Shown piece by piece: positions 41,559-51,353 of a stretch of 64,000 bases of DNA. Numbering within the stretch: the stretch's first letter is position 1; the number at the start of each line of letters is the position of its first letter. The DNA is from Promethearchaeota archaeon. Its GTDB lineage: Archaea; Asgardarchaeota; Heimdallarchaeia; Hodarchaeales; Hodarchaeaceae. Where the stretch lies: contig JBHLMN010000009.1 in the NCBI GenBank assembly GCA_048938105.1, positions 169,270-233,269 of the forward strand, written 5' to 3'. The translations under genes were made by a program, and so were the position numbers. The notes under the pieces were generated by a model. It was not told the DNA's origin. It saw nothing but the letters and a program-made list of their open reading frames with translations, and searched no databases.

Positions 41559-43289
41559 TTAAATATTGGTTTCGGGAGAAGTCTCCACCGATTTAGGTGT
41601 TGTACTTTTTAACAGATTTTTAAAGAATTTAGCTTGTGTAACGGAAGAATAAGTTTTAATAGCTTTATTTGCTGCATCTGTGGCTGAATTAATATCATCT
41701 GCTCCTTCAAACAGTTTGAAAGCATGGTAATATGATGATCGGGCCAATTCCAATTGTTTCTGCTTATCATATCTTTCCGCATTTTGCAGATACAGCATTG
41801 CCGTACGTTGGCTGATATCTTTACGTTTCCGCTCATTCTTAACAAGACGATAAGATTCGATACTTTTTCGATAAAGAGCCACTGTATACGGGGTCTTTTC
41901 CTGATTGTAAAACTCTTGGGCACATTCTTCAAAGAAAATCCCGCTACCCTCCGTATCTTTCGCCATTCGTAAAAAATTACCTGTTAATAATGCTAAACGA
42001 TATGCTTCATAGAATTTCCTGGCCTCAAAAGCACTTTGGTAAAGAGACTTTGTTCGGTTAGGGATAGATTTGTCTTCCAGCCTCTCTGTTGAGTATGATG
42101 CTTGTTCTAACCGTTCTAGAACCTTTGGATTTATTTCAAATCCCATCATCATATCTGCTTCGAGAATCTGTAATAATAAACTAGCTTCAGCCTTCAAATC
42201 TACAACTGAAAGTCCAGAACCTAAAAGAGAAAACATGGCATAACTTGAAAATTGGTAGTAATCACCTAGTTTTATGATTAAACCTTTAGTTTCTAACTTA
42301 TTAATAGCCTCTTTTGGAGTTCTTGCTGAGTCAAATGTATCCTGTGGAATAGCATTTCGAGGAGAGCTTAACATTACTTGAAGTACGAGGTTTTCTTCTT
42401 CATCAATTTTATATACATCCTGAAGAAATGCGCGGAGAGCAAAAGTACGAATGAAGGATTGAGCTATTTCTTGGATTGAGCTCTCACTTTCATCCAATCC
42501 TTCTCGTTCAATTTTATCTTCAGCCCATCGTACGACATCTACGATGAAAACAAGGTTAAATGGTGAACGATCGCTTTGTTTCACAAGTTCATCACGCAAT
42601 TGACTACTGCTTTGCAATTTTCCGTGAGCAATTTTTGAAAGAAGAAGTTTTGAGTCAGAAAAATCTAATCTGTCCAATACAAAGTGCTCACTAATTTGGA
42701 CAAGCTCTTTAATCTCGTTTAAGTTATACTCTTGGATTGTACCAATAAATAATAACTGTGGAAACCTGCTTTGAAGAACTTTTAGCAGGTCTACTAACCC
42801 ATCAATGACATATTTTTGTCCAGAATCCAATATCCGGTCAAGAGGATCTAATGCAATTACGATTGGAGATTTAGGGGGACGAGCAGTTAAATTATTCGAA
42901 AAATTGCCGATTATTTCAGACATTTTAGATTTCGGAGAAAATAATTTTATCTCCTCTTCCCTTGATTTCTTAAGGAAACCCTTCTTTTCTTCTGTTAAAT
43001 GAGGTGAAATTACTTGATAAACATCACGGAATAAGTTGCGATTCATTTTCCCGCCCATTCCGATTGAAACTTGACCAAAAGCCATCATCTCATTTCTAAT
43101 GATCTCAGCAAATACATTCAGTAAGCTGGTTTTCCCAATACCTGGTGATCCTGAAATGAGAACAAAATTTTCCTTTAGTTTTTTTTCTTTAAAATCGGAC
43201 AATATCGTTTCAAAGCGTTTCTCGTAACTTCGACGACCAACGACTAAATGGGGCTCACATGGCTTTAAAAAACTATCATAAGGACACAT
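41559..43289 (-). CDS. STAND/AAA_16-like P-loop NTPase with winged helix and C-terminal TPR/alpha-SNAP-like repeats
   Basis: VVGRR, ISGSPGIGKTS, Walker B IVIALDPLD, SPF, LETKGLI; helical repeats such as GIFFEECA, LYRKSIESY and YYHAFKLF. Confidence 0.78.
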   Translation of the reverse strand: MCPYDSFLKPCEPHLVVGRRSYEKRFETILSDFKEKKLKENFVLISGSPGIGKTSLLNVFAEIIRNEMMAFGQVSIGMGGKMNRNLFRDVYQVISPHLTEEKKGFLKKSREEEIKLFSPKSKMSEIIGNFSNNLTARPPKSPIVIALDPLDRILDSGQKYVIDGLVDLLKVLQSRFPQLLFIGTIQEYNLNEIKELVQISEHFVLDRLDFSDSKLLLSKIAHGKLQSSSQLRDELVKQSDRSPFNLVFIVDVVRWAEDKIEREGLDESESSIQEIAQSFIRTFALRAFLQDVYKIDEEENLVLQVMLSSPRNAIPQDTFDSARTPKEAINKLETKGLIIKLGDYYQFSSYAMFSLLGSGLSVVDLKAEASLLLQILEADMMMGFEINPKVLERLEQASYSTERLEDKSIPNRTKSLYQSAFEARKFYEAYRLALLTGNFLRMAKDTEGSGIFFEECAQEFYNQEKTPYTVALYRKSIESYRLVKNERKRKDISQRTAMLYLQNAERYDKQKQLELARSSYYHAFKLFEGADDINSATDAANKAIKTYSSVTQAKFFKNLLKSTTPKSVETSPETNI

Positions 43290-43678
43290 GTGGAGTAACC
43301 TCGGTTACAACAACTAGTTTGTACTTCAGTTATAAAAAATTTCACGAAAACAGTCGTAAATACTCATTAAAAAATCAACAAGCTTTTGAAGCTTTTTAGC
43401 AAAATTTGTGCCAACGATTTGGAATAACATGAAAAAAAATAAAGAGAAGACCAATGTCTAGATAAAGAGAAAAATACAGTTTCAGACTTAATTCAGTTAT
43501 AATCAAGACGAAAGAATATGCTTTTAATAGTTTTTAAGTGGTTAAAAGTATTTTAAAAAAATTCTATAAATAATTGGAAAAAGTGCAAAGCTAAGGTAAT
43601 TTCTAAGATAAATCTTCACACATTCAGCCTCATGATCTACAAACTATAGAATTTGCTTATTAATACGGAGAAATAGAT

Positions 43679-46432
43679 ATGAAAGATGGACTTGCCACGT
43701 CCTACGAACATCATGACCTTGAAGAAGAAATCTATCAATGGTGGGAAAGAGAGGGCTTCTTCAAACCTGATAAACAAATTGAATTGGGATTAGTAGATAG
43801 AAAAAAGAGCCCCAGATTTTGTATCACTATTCCATTACCAAATGTAACGGGAATTTTACATTTAGGTCATGCAGTCACTATATCCATTGAAGATCTCATG
43901 ACTCGATATGAACGGATGAAACAAAAAGAAGCATTATTCATACCTGGTACTGATCACGCGGGAATTGCAACACAAAACGTGGTTGAAAGAGAGTTATTAA
44001 AGCAAGGAATTAAGAGAAAAGACTTGGGCCGTGAAAAATTTGTTGAAAAAGTGTGGGAATGGAAGGATATATATCAAGCTCGAATAACAGAACAGTCAAA
44101 ACGAATGGGAATGAGTAGCGACTGGAACCGTGAACATTTTACGCTGGATCCAGGTTATGCGGAAGCTGTTCGAGAGGCTTTTTATCGATTATATACCAAA
44201 GGCTTGATTTATAGAGGAGAATACATGATAAATTGGTGTCCTCGGTGTGAATCCGCTATTTCTGATCTAGAAACTGAATCTGAGGAAAAAGCAAGCCACT
44301 TATGGTATATCAAATATCCAATTGTAGGTGAGAGTTGGGAAAAACCCATTCATGAATGGGGAAGCGGAAAGTGGGCCGAAGGCGCATCAGATTTCATTGT
44401 AGTAGCTACAACTCGGCCTGAGACTCTTTTAGGGGATACAGCTGTTGCCATAGCAGCAGATCATAAGGAATATGGAAAATTTGTTACTAAGAAAGCTATC
44501 CTACCTGTAAATGCTCGAGAGATTCCAATACTCGTTGATGATTATGTAGATCCTGAATTTGGAACAGGAGCATTAAAAATTACCCCTGGCCATGATCCTA
44601 ATGACTTCGAAATTGGCCAAAAACACAATTTAGAAGTAATAACTGTTCTAGATGAAGCAGTAACTATGCTTCCTGAATATTCAGGTCCTTATGCTGGAAT
44701 GGACCGATTTGAATGTCGGGAAGCAATTGTTAAAGATTTAGAAAAAGAAGGGTTATTGGAAAAAATCGAACCCTATCTTCATCAAGAACCTTATTGTCAA
44801 AGATGTCACACTTTAGTTGAACCAAGAATTTCTATTCAATGGTTTGTCAGAACCAAACCTCTAGCAGAAGCAGCTATGGCCAAAGTCCGAAAGAAAAAAA
44901 CAATAATTATTCCTAAAAGGGAAGAAAAGAGATTTTTCCAATGGATGGAGAATATTCATGATTGGTGCATAAGTAGACAACTTTGGTGGGGGCATAGGAT
45001 ACCAATATGGTATTGTACTGATTGTTCTGAAGAGATCTGTCCTCCTCCAGATATAGATGCCCCTCAAAAATGTCCAAAATGTAGTAGTAGCAATTTGACA
45101 CAAGAAGAAGATGTTTTAGATACATGGTTTTCGAGTGGGTTATGGCCCTATGCAACACTGGGTTGGCCAAATATTAAGAGTGTAGATTATCAACGATTTT
45201 ACCCCACAAGCACTCGTGAAACAGGTTATGACATTTTATTTTTTTGGGTCGCCAGAGAAATGATGTTAGGGATTGAACTGACAGGGAAGGTACCTTATGA
45301 GACAGTCTATCTCCATGGGCTCATTCGAGATGAGAGAGGTAGGAAGATTAGTAAGTCTATGGAGGATGTCGATAAATATGATCCATTACATATCATATCT
45401 GAACATGGAGCCGATTCATTACGATATGTTCTAATATCTAATAGTATTCCTGGTATAGACACAAATCTAGATCCAAGACAACTGGATAGTGCTCATCACT
45501 TTCTAAATAAAATTTGGCAATCAACTCGTTTTGTACTCAATAATATCCAAAAAGATGAAAAAATCCAAAAAATAAATGAAATCAAGAATGAAGACTTCAG
45601 TATTCCTGATAAATGGATTTTATCCCGATTAAATCAACTTGTAAGAACAGTTTCAGAATGTATGGAGTCATTTGATTACCTAGGGGCCTCACGCGAAATT
45701 AAGAACTTCTATTGGAATGAATTCTGTGACTGGTACATTGAAATATCTAAAATTCGTCTATATAGTGAAAATGAAGAAGAGAAGATCATTCCTAAAGCTA
45801 TTTTGGTCCATATTTTAGATATTACATTTAAATTACTACACCCGATTATTCCGTTTATTACTGAAAAATTATGGCAGAATCTACCTGCTAATATTAGAAG
45901 TGGACCAGCATTAATTGTTGCTAAATGGCCAGAATATGCTGATACGTTCATTGATGAAAAACTGGAGGAGGAGTTCCAGTTCACAACAGACTTAGTTCAT
46001 GAAATAAGGCGCATTAGGGCTGTCTTTAACGTTGGATTAAGTAAAAAAATCCCCCTACAAATAAAAACAGGTGAAAATATCAATTCATTCGAAAAAACAA
46101 GAAGAGAAATAATTGCTTTAGCGAAAATCGATCCCTCGAAAATTACAGTTTCATCTGAAGTAGAACCACCAAAACGAGCTGCTCGAGTTGTCATACCTGG
46201 TTTAACTGCATACATTCCTCTAGAAGAATTAATTGACCTAGAAAAAGAGAAGAGAAAAGTAGAAAAACAATTAACCAAAGTTAAAAAGAATATAGAACAG
46301 AAATCTAGAAAATTAAAAGGCCCCTTTGCGCACAAAGCACCTCCTGAGATCGTAGAAAAAGAAGAAGAGAAATTGGCAGAATTAAGAAGTAAAAAATCTC
46401 AATTAAAAGAACAATTAGAGATATTAACATAA
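43679..46432 (+). CDS. valS: Valine--tRNA ligase, bacterial-type with C-terminal coiled-coil arm
   Basis: PNVTGILHLGHA, GTDHAGIATQ, ATTRPET, DWCISRQLWWGHRIP, KISKS and C-terminal FAHKAPPEIVEKE. Confidence 0.96.
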   Translation: MKDGLATSYEHHDLEEEIYQWWEREGFFKPDKQIELGLVDRKKSPRFCITIPLPNVTGILHLGHAVTISIEDLMTRYERMKQKEALFIPGTDHAGIATQNVVERELLKQGIKRKDLGREKFVEKVWEWKDIYQARITEQSKRMGMSSDWNREHFTLDPGYAEAVREAFYRLYTKGLIYRGEYMINWCPRCESAISDLETESEEKASHLWYIKYPIVGESWEKPIHEWGSGKWAEGASDFIVVATTRPETLLGDTAVAIAADHKEYGKFVTKKAILPVNAREIPILVDDYVDPEFGTGALKITPGHDPNDFEIGQKHNLEVITVLDEAVTMLPEYSGPYAGMDRFECREAIVKDLEKEGLLEKIEPYLHQEPYCQRCHTLVEPRISIQWFVRTKPLAEAAMAKVRKKKTIIIPKREEKRFFQWMENIHDWCISRQLWWGHRIPIWYCTDCSEEICPPPDIDAPQKCPKCSSSNLTQEEDVLDTWFSSGLWPYATLGWPNIKSVDYQRFYPTSTRETGYDILFFWVAREMMLGIELTGKVPYETVYLHGLIRDERGRKISKSMEDVDKYDPLHIISEHGADSLRYVLISNSIPGIDTNLDPRQLDSAHHFLNKIWQSTRFVLNNIQKDEKIQKINEIKNEDFSIPDKWILSRLNQLVRTVSECMESFDYLGASREIKNFYWNEFCDWYIEISKIRLYSENEEEKIIPKAILVHILDITFKLLHPIIPFITEKLWQNLPANIRSGPALIVAKWPEYADTFIDEKLEEEFQFTTDLVHEIRRIRAVFNVGLSKKIPLQIKTGENINSFEKTRREIIALAKIDPSKITVSSEVEPPKRAARVVIPGLTAYIPLEELIDLEKEKRKVEKQLTKVKKNIEQKSRKLKGPFAHKAPPEIVEKEEEKLAELRSKKSQLKEQLEILT

Positions 46433-46508
46433 GTTAAATCTTTAGGGGAGATGGATTGATGATTACTCACTTCATTCTTGAATGTATTAACCAGATTTAT
46501 TCACTTAA

Positions 46509-46574
46509 TTTCAAACTACTTAACTCACAAGCAATATAACTTATTGGAATATTTCATCGGTTATGTCGCAAAAT
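46509..46574 (+). repeat. Dispersed repeat of about 65 bp, copy 1 (other copy 57928-57992)
   Basis: AACTTATTGGAATATTTCATCGGTTATGTCGCAAAAT vs AACTTATTAAAATATTTTATCAGTTATGTCGCAAAAT, plus shared upstream TTTCAAA..ACTTAACT. Confidence 0.75.
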
Positions 46575-46586
46575 TACTGTTATAAT

Positions 46587-47025
46587 TTTGTGTGCTATTC
46601 TGATCGCTTAGTTGATTTATTAATACATAATAAAATCACTCCTGTTGTGAATCAGGTTGAAACGCATCCCTTTTGCCAACAGATTGAAAGTGCTAGAATA
46701 ATGAAAGAAAATGACGTTCAAATAGAATCATGGGCTCCACTTGCAGAAGGTAAAAGTAATATCTTCCAAAATGAACTATTACAGACGATTGATGATAAAT
46801 ATGAAAAAACAGTTGTCCAGGTTATTTTACGTTGGTTGATACAAAGAGAAATTATTGTGATTCCGAAATCAATTCATAAAAAACGGATTATTGAAAATAT
46901 TAGTTTTTTTAGCCAGTGAAGATATGAATCAAATCTCAACATTAGATACGAAAAAATCTTGTTTCCTCTCACATCGTGATCCAAAAGTAGTAAAATTGAT
47001 TGGAAAACTAAAACGAGATATTTAG
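46587..47025 (+). pseudogene. Aldo/keto reductase C-terminal fragment, 5'-truncated and frameshifted
   Basis: DRLVDL..PVVNQVETHPF, ESWAPLAEG and VIPKS; another frame continues EDMNQISTLDT...HRDPKVVK to TAG 47025. Confidence 0.85.
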
Positions 47026-47100
47026 CAATCATCACATAATTCAAAAATAAGGAGACAAAGAGATTTAGAGGATTAAAAAACAATAAAGAAGGATTATCAA

Positions 47101-47571
47101 ATGTTCCAGAACCATCAAATTTTGATAGCCTACTATTCTCACTCCGGAAATACACATAAAATTGCTCAGAGGATCAAAGAGATTGTTGGAGGGGAACTCT
47201 TTCGGATTGAACCTGTTAAATCTTATCCTGAAAGTTATCAAGAGGTATTAAAAGTAGCTAAGAAGGAAATAGGTCAAAATTATAAACCTCCATTAAAAAA
47301 TAAGGTGAAAAACATCGATAAATTCGATATTATTTACATTGGTTCCCCAAATTGGTATAGTACGATAGCTCCACCAGTCACATCATTTCTATCAGCACAT
47401 AATTTCTCTGGAAAAAAAATTATTCCATTTATCTCTCATGGTGGAGGAGGAAAGGGACTTTGTATTCCTAACCTCAAAAAAATGGTTCCTAATGCAATTA
47501 TTCTTGAAGGTATCGTTGTTTATGGAAGCAATGTTAAATCTCTAAACATAAAAACAGTAAAAATTCAATAA
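47101..47571 (+). CDS. Flavodoxin (Flavodoxin_4 type)
   Basis: YYSHSGNT, IGSPNW and PFISHGGGG. Confidence 0.9.
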   Translation: MFQNHQILIAYYSHSGNTHKIAQRIKEIVGGELFRIEPVKSYPESYQEVLKVAKKEIGQNYKPPLKNKVKNIDKFDIIYIGSPNWYSTIAPPVTSFLSAHNFSGKKIIPFISHGGGGKGLCIPNLKKMVPNAIILEGIVVYGSNVKSLNIKTVKIQ

Positions 47572-47602
47572 GCGATCAAGATCAATGTGAAAGTAAATTG
47601 GT

Positions 47603-48874
47603 TTGAGACAAATGAAATCAGATTTTTTAAGTTTAACAAAGATAAGTTATGTTCTAATATTTGGAGCTAGTATTGGTAATTTAGCAGCAGGCTTAATTGA
47701 ACCAACTGTTGCTCCATATTTAGAAATTCTTGGGTCTAGTTCTGAAGTCATTGGAATTATTTTAAGTGCTCGTTGGCTTATGGTAGCCATTTTCTCACTA
47801 CCCTTAGCTTTATTTGCTTCAAGATTTGGTTTGAAACGTTTTTTATATTTTGCAGCAATTTTCATGATGTTAGGAGGATATATGATTTTCTCTGGAGGAA
47901 GAAATGGAGTTTACTGGTTTTATTTGTCGATTGGTATTGTTAGTTCAGTTTTTAATGGTCCAGGAGTTGCTATTCTTGCTGAGAATAAAGGTTCAAAACG
48001 TATTGCAGCACTTAGCTTATTTTATGCCACTTGGATGATCCCAACGGGCGTAGGAGCCCTTATATCTACATTCTGGTTTTGGGGGGTCGATTCTTATACA
48101 CCCGATAACTTATCAAGTATTTTTCCTGTAGCAATGATATTTATGATTATTGGAGGAGTATTATTCTTATTCTTATTATTTGTATTGAATAGACAAACAA
48201 AATCTCAGACGAATTCAAAAAATGGAACTAAATTATATGATGCTAAAACTTCCGTAATTAGCCAATTTCAAATTCTATTTGCTCCCACAATAGCTTTACC
48301 GCTGATTTTATTAATTTTCGCTGAATTCATATCTGGAGCTGGCGCTGGGTCAAGTATCCCTTATTTAACTCCATATTTAAAAAGTTTGGGCGCTACACCG
48401 AGTGAATTATCTATATTAGTTGTTATAATGAATATTTTTATCGGTTTTGCGACGCAATTAACCCCATTTTTTGCGAAAACTTTTGGAGATCTAAGAGTTA
48501 TTGCTACAACAATATTGTTATCTGTTGTTTGTTTATTGGGAATTGTTTTTTCAGATTACATGATGTTATCTGCAATATTCTATGTTCTTCGTGGAACGTT
48601 TGCTAATATGAGTGTTCCGATTTCTCAATCAAGAATGCTTACATATATTGATTCACGTACTCGAGCTACTGGAGCTGCTACTTGCTCAACAATTAGATGG
48701 ATTGGTTGGGTGTTATTTTCTCCTGTCTCCGGTAGGATTATTGATAATTATGGTTACAATGTTGCCTTTATATTTACAGCTATAATATATACAGTTTATT
48801 TGATCATATTTCTAAGCGTTATTACTCGATTTAAGCCATTAGAAGAAGATGAAAAAGAAGAATCTTCAATTTAG
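47603..48874 (+). CDS. MFS transporter
   Basis: About 12 TM; ASRFGLKR and GRIIDNYGY. Confidence 0.87.
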   Translation: MRQMKSDFLSLTKISYVLIFGASIGNLAAGLIEPTVAPYLEILGSSSEVIGIILSARWLMVAIFSLPLALFASRFGLKRFLYFAAIFMMLGGYMIFSGGRNGVYWFYLSIGIVSSVFNGPGVAILAENKGSKRIAALSLFYATWMIPTGVGALISTFWFWGVDSYTPDNLSSIFPVAMIFMIIGGVLFLFLLFVLNRQTKSQTNSKNGTKLYDAKTSVISQFQILFAPTIALPLILLIFAEFISGAGAGSSIPYLTPYLKSLGATPSELSILVVIMNIFIGFATQLTPFFAKTFGDLRVIATTILLSVVCLLGIVFSDYMMLSAIFYVLRGTFANMSVPISQSRMLTYIDSRTRATGAATCSTIRWIGWVLFSPVSGRIIDNYGYNVAFIFTAIIYTVYLIIFLSVITRFKPLEEDEKEESSI

Positions 48875-48927
48875 CTAATTCTGTGAAGATTTTGTAATTT
48901 AACTGGTATTTAAGGAGAATAAAAAAA

Positions 48928-49332
48928 ATGAATGAATTAAATGATTTGAGTAAAAGTGTGATATTTCCCAAAGGAGAAAAAGCTACAAGCGACTATTTCA
49001 CTGGGAATGTGTGGGTTCAAATGTTAGTGACAGAAGATTTTTTTAATTGTCCAGTATACAATGTGACCTTTGAACCAAAAGCAAGAACTAAATGGCATTC
49101 ACATCCAGGAGGTCAAATTCTTCTTGTAACAGGAGGTAAAGGATATTATCAAGAAGAAGGCAAACCAGCACAATCGCTTCAGGAAGGAGATGTTGTGAAA
49201 ATACCGCCAAATGTGAAACATTGGCATGGGGCATCAAAAAATAGTTGGTTTGTTCATGTTGGAATAAGTACGAATCCTAATTTAGGAAATGCTGAATGGT
49301 ACGGACCAGTAACAGAGGAGGAATATCAATGA
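48928..49332 (+). CDS. Cupin-domain protein
   Basis: FEPKARTKWHSHPGGQIL and VKHWHGA. Confidence 0.9.
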   Translation: MNELNDLSKSVIFPKGEKATSDYFTGNVWVQMLVTEDFFNCPVYNVTFEPKARTKWHSHPGGQILLVTGGKGYYQEEGKPAQSLQEGDVVKIPPNVKHWHGASKNSWFVHVGISTNPNLGNAEWYGPVTEEEYQ

Positions 49333-49400
49333 AAGCAGCAATATTCAGAGGTAAGGGTAAGATAGTGATTGAAGAGCGACCAAACGAAAAAAAGCTTTAA
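49329..49400 (+). pseudogene. N-terminal stub of a zinc-dependent (MDR) dehydrogenase
   Basis: ATGA overlap with the cupin stop; MKAAIFRGKGKIVIEERP then stop. Confidence 0.6.
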
Positions 49401-49454
49401 TTGCATATTATTCCCGAAGAGGGAATAATTATGCAAATAGACTGATTAACAAGG

Positions 49455-51179
49455 ATGAACTTAATGACAAAAATCATAATCGAAAAAAATATCATGGTTC
49501 CCATGCGTGATGGGGTAAAGCTCGCCACTGACATTTATCGGCTGGAAGGCGCATCTCCAGCACCTGTGCTGGTTGTTCGCACACCATACAACAAAGACCA
49601 CGTGGTCATAAATGGTGATATCTTCAATATTTTACAGGGAGTACAAAATGGTTATACGGTAGTGGCTCAGGATGTGCGGGGACGCTATGCCTCCGAAGGG
49701 ATATTTAATCCGCACGTTCAAGAAACAGCTGACGGCCTCGATGCCTTTGCTTGGGCAGCTGCTCAATCTTGGTCAAACGGTACAGTAGGCACTTTCGGAG
49801 GTTCTTATCTGGGTAGTACCCAGTGGCTTCCGGCTCGTGAACAACCTCCAACGTTACGGGCAATAACGCCATCGATCACCTTCTCCGATAGCTACGAGGG
49901 TTGCGCATACCAAGGTGGAGCTAAGGTACTCCATGATCTACGCTGGGTGGCCGTAGATATCGTTCCAACAGAAATTGAGCGACGTATAGCTCGCGGTGAG
50001 AAGCCATTAGATAGTGAGACCCCTTTGGACGTGGATATGGTACTGACTGAACTCCCACTCGCCACACATCCATTGATACAGAAGTATGCAGCTTTCTACC
50101 TTGATTGGTTGGCTCACCCAACTGCGGATGACTTCTGGTTACCTTCATCACCCAAGGCGGGATATGAGCAAATTATTGTACCTGCTCTCAACATCAGTGG
50201 CTGGTACGATATCTTTCTCTGGAGCACCATCCAGAATTACTTGGGCATGAAGTTACGAGGTGGAACGGAAAAGGCTCGTCAGAACCAGCGATTGATCATC
50301 GGTCCTTGGAGTCATATGAACTTTAGCGGTAGCTTCCCAGAACGTGAATTTGGTTGGGGTGGTAGTAGCGCTGCCATCGATCTACCTGGTATCCATATTC
50401 GTTGGTTCGACCGTTGGTTGAAAAATGTAGACAATAGTATAGACCAAGAGCCACCAGTGATGATTTTTGTGATGGGTGTTGACAAATGGCGCCATGAGGC
50501 TGATTGGCCGCTACCCAAAACGCAATACTGCCCTTTTTACCTGCACAGTAATGGAACAGCACATACACTTCATGGTGATGGAATACTCTCAACCGAATTA
50601 CCAAGTAATGAACCATCGGACATGTACCTGTACAACCCGCTACGCCCGGTGCCAACAGTTGGTGGACAGGTTATCTTACCTGGTGGAAATGCTATAGGAC
50701 CTCGCGACCAGCGTGAAGTTGAATTGCGCGACGACGTTCTAGTGTATAGCACTCCGGTCTTGGAGCAAGCTGTCGAAGTAATAGGCCCAATCGAGTTGTG
50801 GCTATTCGTGTCATCTTCAGCACCTGATACAGACTTTACGGGTAAGTTGGTAGATGTCTACCCGGATGGACGGGCAATAATCCTGACTGAGGGCATCTTA
50901 CGAGCGCGTTATCGCAATTCATTCATCGAGCCTGAACTTCTTGAACCGAATAAAGTACATAAACTCCGACTAAACCTGTGGGCCACGGCAAATGTGTTTC
51001 TACCTGGTCATTGTATCCGACTGGAGGTTTCGAGCAGTAATTTTCCACGTTTTGACCGTAACAGCAACACAGGTGGGGTTATCGCCAGTGAAAGCAGCGA
51101 TCAATATCAACCGGCGATCAATCGCATTTTTCATGACGCCACGCATCCGTCTCATCTACTTCTTCCCCTAATCGTTTGA
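49455..51179 (+). CDS. CocE/NonD family hydrolase (S15), GC-richer than surroundings
   Basis: MRDGVKLATD, RTPY, QDVRGRYASEG, GGSYLG, GWYD, IGPWSH and SSNFPRFDRN. Confidence 0.93.
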   Translation: MNLMTKIIIEKNIMVPMRDGVKLATDIYRLEGASPAPVLVVRTPYNKDHVVINGDIFNILQGVQNGYTVVAQDVRGRYASEGIFNPHVQETADGLDAFAWAAAQSWSNGTVGTFGGSYLGSTQWLPAREQPPTLRAITPSITFSDSYEGCAYQGGAKVLHDLRWVAVDIVPTEIERRIARGEKPLDSETPLDVDMVLTELPLATHPLIQKYAAFYLDWLAHPTADDFWLPSSPKAGYEQIIVPALNISGWYDIFLWSTIQNYLGMKLRGGTEKARQNQRLIIGPWSHMNFSGSFPEREFGWGGSSAAIDLPGIHIRWFDRWLKNVDNSIDQEPPVMIFVMGVDKWRHEADWPLPKTQYCPFYLHSNGTAHTLHGDGILSTELPSNEPSDMYLYNPLRPVPTVGGQVILPGGNAIGPRDQREVELRDDVLVYSTPVLEQAVEVIGPIELWLFVSSSAPDTDFTGKLVDVYPDGRAIILTEGILRARYRNSFIEPELLEPNKVHKLRLNLWATANVFLPGHCIRLEVSSSNFPRFDRNSNTGGVIASESSDQYQPAINRIFHDATHPSHLLLPLIV

Positions 51180-51218
51180 TAAGGATTATTAAAAGATTGA
51201 ATCTATCGAGTTAAGCAT

Positions 51219-51353
51219 ATGATGAAAATGAGTTCCAATGTAAAATGTGTCAGCTTTCTTGTATTAGCCATACTGGTCATTTCTACTCAGAATATAGTCA
51301 TAAAATGGATTGGTGGATCAGTTCCCGTCTTACGACTAGAAAATCAGCTATAA
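51219..51353 (+). pseudogene. N-terminal fragment of a DMT/EamA-like transporter
   Basis: MSSNVKCVSFLVLAILVISTQNIVIKWIGGSVPVL resembles the first helix of EamA proteins; truncated at the LRR gene end. Confidence 0.5.

Noticed and set aside
43290-43678. Possible T-box riboswitch before the bacterial-type valS
   Set aside because: No T-box consensus or terminator/antiterminator visible; ordinary AT-rich divergent promoter region
46822-46845. CGTTGGTT matches to the reverse spacer inside coding regions (also near 37148)
   Set aside because: Explained by Arg-Trp-Leu codons; no flanking arms
46900-46925. TGA at the end of the AKR fragment as selenocysteine
   Set aside because: Homology continues in a different frame, so this is a frameshift rather than recoding
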